In this document: positions 60,718 through 64,000 of the stretch, in pieces | Layout: every line of letters starts with the position of its first letter | Position numbering within the stretch: the stretch's first letter is position 1 | NCBI GenBank assembly: GCA_937925335.1 | Contig: CALEWY010000038.1 | Coordinates: 14,275-78,274 of the forward strand | Origin: an uncultured Acidimicrobiales bacterium | GTDB taxonomy: Bacteria; Actinomycetota; Acidimicrobiia; Acidimicrobiales; SZUA-35 | Length of the DNA: 64,000 nt | Reading direction: 5' to 3' | The notes under the pieces: model-generated | Told to the model about the DNA's origin: nothing | What the model saw: the letters and a program-made list of their open reading frames with translations, nothing else | Databases searched by the model: none | Translations under genes and position numbers: made by a program

Positions 60718-61527
60718 TTACGAGTTGCCCCACTCCGGAACGAAGCCCTGGTTGCCGGTTCCGAAGCTTCGGGTGTGGGTCACCATGTCGGAGCCCGTGA
60801 TGCGGTGGATTTGATAGCCGGGGGCATCGAGGACAAGTGACAGCGGCGCGTCAGGCATGAGGTCGAGGTCGACGTGTTGCACCGTCGACATGCCAACTTG
60901 GGCGGTGATGCCGGCGACGGTGCCGACGATCGGGCGATGGAGGTGACCACAGATCACTCGATCGACCGGTTGATGCCGCAGCACCTCGGCAAGGTCTTCG
61001 AGGCCCTTGAAGCCTGATTTGTCCATCCACTCAATGCCGGTTTCGAACGGCGGGTGGTGCATGGCCAGCACGGTTGGGCCGTCGTGCTCGACACCAAGAA
61101 CGGCGGTCAGCCAGCCGGACCGTTCATCGTCGAACTCGGCGCCGGGTTGGCCGGGAATCGTCGAGTCGAGCCCGATGATGCGCAGGTTGTCGACCGTCAT
61201 GACCCAGCTGGCGTGTTCACCGTCCGCCCAGGGCATCTCGGGGAAGGTGGCGAGCAATCGACCACGGTCGTCGTGGTTGCCAGGAAGTGGAAAGTAGGGA
61301 GCGTCGAGCTTGTCGAGTCCTTCGCGAAGGGCTTCGTATTCAGCTGCGGTCCCCGTATTCGTGAGATCACCGGTCACCACGACGGCGGCCACCGACGGTG
61401 CCTCGGTGTTGATCGACGCAACGGCCTCGTCGAGACGACCGTTGTTGTCGACATACAACTCTTCAGCATTGTCGACACCGACGACGTGTGTATCGGTCAA
61501 CTGTGCGATCAAGAGTTGTTCGGTCAT
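60718..61527 (-). CDS. Calcineurin-like metallophosphoesterase (CpdA/Icc-like)
   Basis: QLTDTH, TGDL, PGNHD, HHPP, CGHLH. Confidence 0.92.
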   Translation of the reverse strand: MTEQLLIAQLTDTHVVGVDNAEELYVDNNGRLDEAVASINTEAPSVAAVVVTGDLTNTGTAAEYEALREGLDKLDAPYFPLPGNHDDRGRLLATFPEMPWADGEHASWVMTVDNLRIIGLDSTIPGQPGAEFDDERSGWLTAVLGVEHDGPTVLAMHHPPFETGIEWMDKSGFKGLEDLAEVLRHQPVDRVICGHLHRPIVGTVAGITAQVGMSTVQHVDLDLMPDAPLSLVLDAPGYQIHRITGSDMVTHTRSFGTGNQGFVPEWGNS

Positions 61528-61550
61528 GGTTCCCTACCCGGCTCGGTTCA

Positions 61551-62030
61551 TTACCGGTCGGCCGCATTCAGATCGACGGTGAGCTTCCCATCTTGATCGA
61601 CCAAGACGGGGAATTGCTGGAGTCCTTCTCCGTCGGCTGGGAAGGTTTCCCCGCCGCACGGATTGTCAAACAGATCGTTGTCCTCATTCCATACGAGTGT
61701 GCAGTCTCGCGTGGCGTCGGCTGGGCGTGCTGCAAAAGCGACCCATCCCTCATCATCCTCGGGGCTGAGGTGGTTGATATAGATGTCCCGATCGCGGCTG
61801 GCGACGTCCGGCCAAAGGATCGGGCCGGTGTCAGCGACCGACTCGGCGAGCTCTTCAACCTGGCCAACCTGGGCCACGGAACCAACACCGAGCGCATCGC
61901 CGCCGGTGTTTGAAACCAGGCTGCTCTGCTTCGTGATCAAGAAGACGATGGCGACGAAACCGGCAAGGCTGGCGAACATCAAGAGGAACGCAACCTTGCC
62001 GCCGCCTTCGCCTCGTTCGGCTACAGGCAT
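61551..62030 (-). CDS. Membrane-anchored protein with a degenerate Rieske-like domain
   Basis: N-terminal TM helix; WVAF...DCTLVW...FDNPCGGETF..DG..L..FPV pattern. Confidence 0.65.
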   Translation of the reverse strand: MPVAERGEGGGKVAFLLMFASLAGFVAIVFLITKQSSLVSNTGGDALGVGSVAQVGQVEELAESVADTGPILWPDVASRDRDIYINHLSPEDDEGWVAFAARPADATRDCTLVWNEDNDLFDNPCGGETFPADGEGLQQFPVLVDQDGKLTVDLNAADR

Positions 62031-62133
62031 GGCGTACTCGGATCGAGAATCTGCGGTGGGGGAGTCACCCCTCTAGTATCGCCGAGTACGCCACAAATCA
62101 GTGGCCCCAGACCCACGAGCGGAGGCTCCACCG

Positions 62134-63273
62134 GTGGATCTACTTGAGTTCCAAGGAAAACAATTCTTTGCCACGTACGGGATTCCCGTGTCGGATGGCG
62201 AGGCCTGCACGGATGTCGACACTGCCGTTGCGGTCGCCGACCGTGTTGGTTACCCCGTCGTCGTGAAGGCCCAGGTGCACACGGGCGGCCGCGGCAAGGC
62301 CGGCGGCGTCAAGCTCGCCGAGAACGCCGAGGAGTGCCGCGAGCACGCCACCAACATCTTGGGCCTCGACATCAAGGGCCACATCGTCCAAACCATCTGG
62401 GTCGAGAACGCCTCCGATATCGCCGAGGAGTACTACGCGAGCTTCACGCTCGATCGTTCCGCCAAGCAATACCTCGGCATGCTTTCCGCCGAGGGTGGCG
62501 TCGAGATCGAAACCGTCGCTGAAGAGAACCCCGATGCGATCGCCAAGATTCACGTCGACCCCGCCGTCGGCCTCTCCGAAGAGGCGTGTCGCGCCTGGGT
62601 TGATGCTGCCAACCTCAACCCTCAGGCAACCGAGGGTGCGGTCGACATCTTGATGAAGCTCTACACGGCTTACGTCGAGGGTGATGCCGATCTCGTCGAG
62701 ATCAACCCGCTCATCCTCAAGCCAACCGGTGAAGTGCACGCCCTCGATGCGAAGGTCAGCCTTGACGCCAACGCCACCTTCCGCCACGAGGACTACGCCC
62801 AATACGACGCCACCCAGCCTCGTGATGAGCGCGAGCAGGCCGCCCATGAGAAGGGCCTGCAGTACGTCGGCCTCGATGGCTCGGTTGGTGTGATCGCCAA
62901 TGGCGCTGGCCTTGCGATGAGCACGCTCGACGTGGTCAACCAGGTTGGCGGCTCACCGGCGAACTTCTTGGACATCGGCGGCGGCGCAAACGCCGACGTG
63001 ATGGCCGGAGCGCTCGAGGTCATCAACAACGACCCGAACGTAAAGAGCATCTTCATCAACATCTTCGGTGGCATCACCCGAGGTGAAGAGGTCGCCAACG
63101 GCATCATCGAAGCGATGCAGCGCGTGTCGATCGATTCGCCGATCGTGATCCGTCTCGACGGAACCAACGCAGATGAGGGTCGAGCGATCCTCGAGCCGAA
63201 CCTGAACGACAAGCTGATGATGGAACCGACCATGCTCGAAGCGGCTCGCAAAGCCGTCGAGCTGGCGAGCTGA
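62134..63273 (+). CDS. sucC: Succinyl-CoA synthetase beta subunit
   Basis: LEFQGKQ, VVKAQVHTGGRGKAGGV, EINPL, NGAGLAM, PANFLDIGGG. Confidence 0.98.
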   Translation: MDLLEFQGKQFFATYGIPVSDGEACTDVDTAVAVADRVGYPVVVKAQVHTGGRGKAGGVKLAENAEECREHATNILGLDIKGHIVQTIWVENASDIAEEYYASFTLDRSAKQYLGMLSAEGGVEIETVAEENPDAIAKIHVDPAVGLSEEACRAWVDAANLNPQATEGAVDILMKLYTAYVEGDADLVEINPLILKPTGEVHALDAKVSLDANATFRHEDYAQYDATQPRDEREQAAHEKGLQYVGLDGSVGVIANGAGLAMSTLDVVNQVGGSPANFLDIGGGANADVMAGALEVINNDPNVKSIFINIFGGITRGEEVANGIIEAMQRVSIDSPIVIRLDGTNADEGRAILEPNLNDKLMMEPTMLEAARKAVELAS

Positions 63274-63283
63274 GGATCGAACG

Positions 63284-64000
63284 ATGAGCATTTTTCTCGA
63301 CGAAAACACGAAGGTCATCTACCAGGGCCTCACCGGTTCGACCGGTCGCTACTACGGCAACCTCAACAAGGAGTACGGCACCCAGGTGGTGGCCGGAACC
63401 CATCCGAAGAAGGCCGGCACCGACGTTGATGGTGTTCCGATCTTCGCTTCTGTCGCCGAAGCGGTTGAAGCAACCGGCGCCACCGCCAGCTGCATCTTCA
63501 TCCCCGCACCCGGCGTGCAGGGCGCGGTGCTCGAAGCGGCCGAAGCCGGACTCGAGCTCGTGGTGTGCATCACCGAAGGTGTGCCCGCCCACGATGAAGC
63601 GAAGTTCTTCAACGTGTTGAAGCGCGACTTCCCGAACACTCGCTTGCTCGGCCCGAACTGCCCCGGCCTCATCTCTCCCGGAAAGGCCAACGTCGGCATC
63701 ACCGCCGGCCACATCGCCAAGCCGGGTGGGCCGGTTGGCATCGTCAGCCGCTCCGGCACGCTCACCTACCAGGCGCTCTACGAGCTCCAGCAGCAAGACA
63801 TCGGTGTCACCACCTGTGTCGGCATCGGTGGCGACCCGGTTCCTGGAACCAGCTTCATCGACTGCCTCGAGGCGTTCGAAGCCGACCCCGACACCAAAGC
63901 CGTGATGATGATCGGCGAGATTGGTGGCTCGGCGGAAGAAGAGGCCGCCGACTACATCAAGAATCACATGACCAAGCCGGTGTCGAGCTACATCGCCGGC
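63284..64000 (+). CDS. sucD: Succinyl-CoA synthetase alpha subunit (partial; runs off the window)
   Basis: [52 protein letters not shown]. Confidence 0.97.
   Translation, partial: MSIFLDENTKVIYQGLTGSTGRYYGNLNKEYGTQVVAGTHPKKAGTDVDGVPIFASVAEAVEATGATASCIFIPAPGVQGAVLEAAEAGLELVVCITEGVPAHDEAKFFNVLKRDFPNTRLLGPNCPGLISPGKANVGITAGHIAKPGGPVGIVSRSGTLTYQALYELQQQDIGVTTCVGIGGDPVPGTSFIDCLEAFEADPDTKAVMMIGEIGGSAEEEAADYIKNHMTKPVSSYIAG

Overview
High-GC actinobacterial chromosomal window; gene content and style resemble Acidimicrobiia, which is an inference. It carries the conserved backbone alr - alpha/beta-hydrolase ... tsaE-tsaB-rimI-tsaD ... groES-groEL ... guaB3-guaA ... pcrA ... sucC-sucD, interrupted by accessory genes. 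Highlights: (1) PcrA carries a 354-aa intein whose central domain looks GIY-YIG-like rather than LAGLIDADG. (2) A translationally coupled operon encodes an acyl-reductase-like SDR, an MFS exporter and an Stf3-like sulfotransferase, and could make and export sulfated fatty alcohols. (3) A ~3,800-aa LAXTG-anchored surface protein has 27 DUF11-like repeats and a recently homogenised internal segment. (4) There are two unusual Rieske-like proteins. (5) Two genes are disrupted: a frameshifted DUF3524 glycosyltransferase and an amber-interrupted MFS. (6) Several distinct palindromic intergenic repeat families and many short tandem duplications lie at gene boundaries. No rRNA, tRNA, CRISPR-Cas or transposase genes were recognised. 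All family assignments come from motif recognition by eye; no database searches were run.
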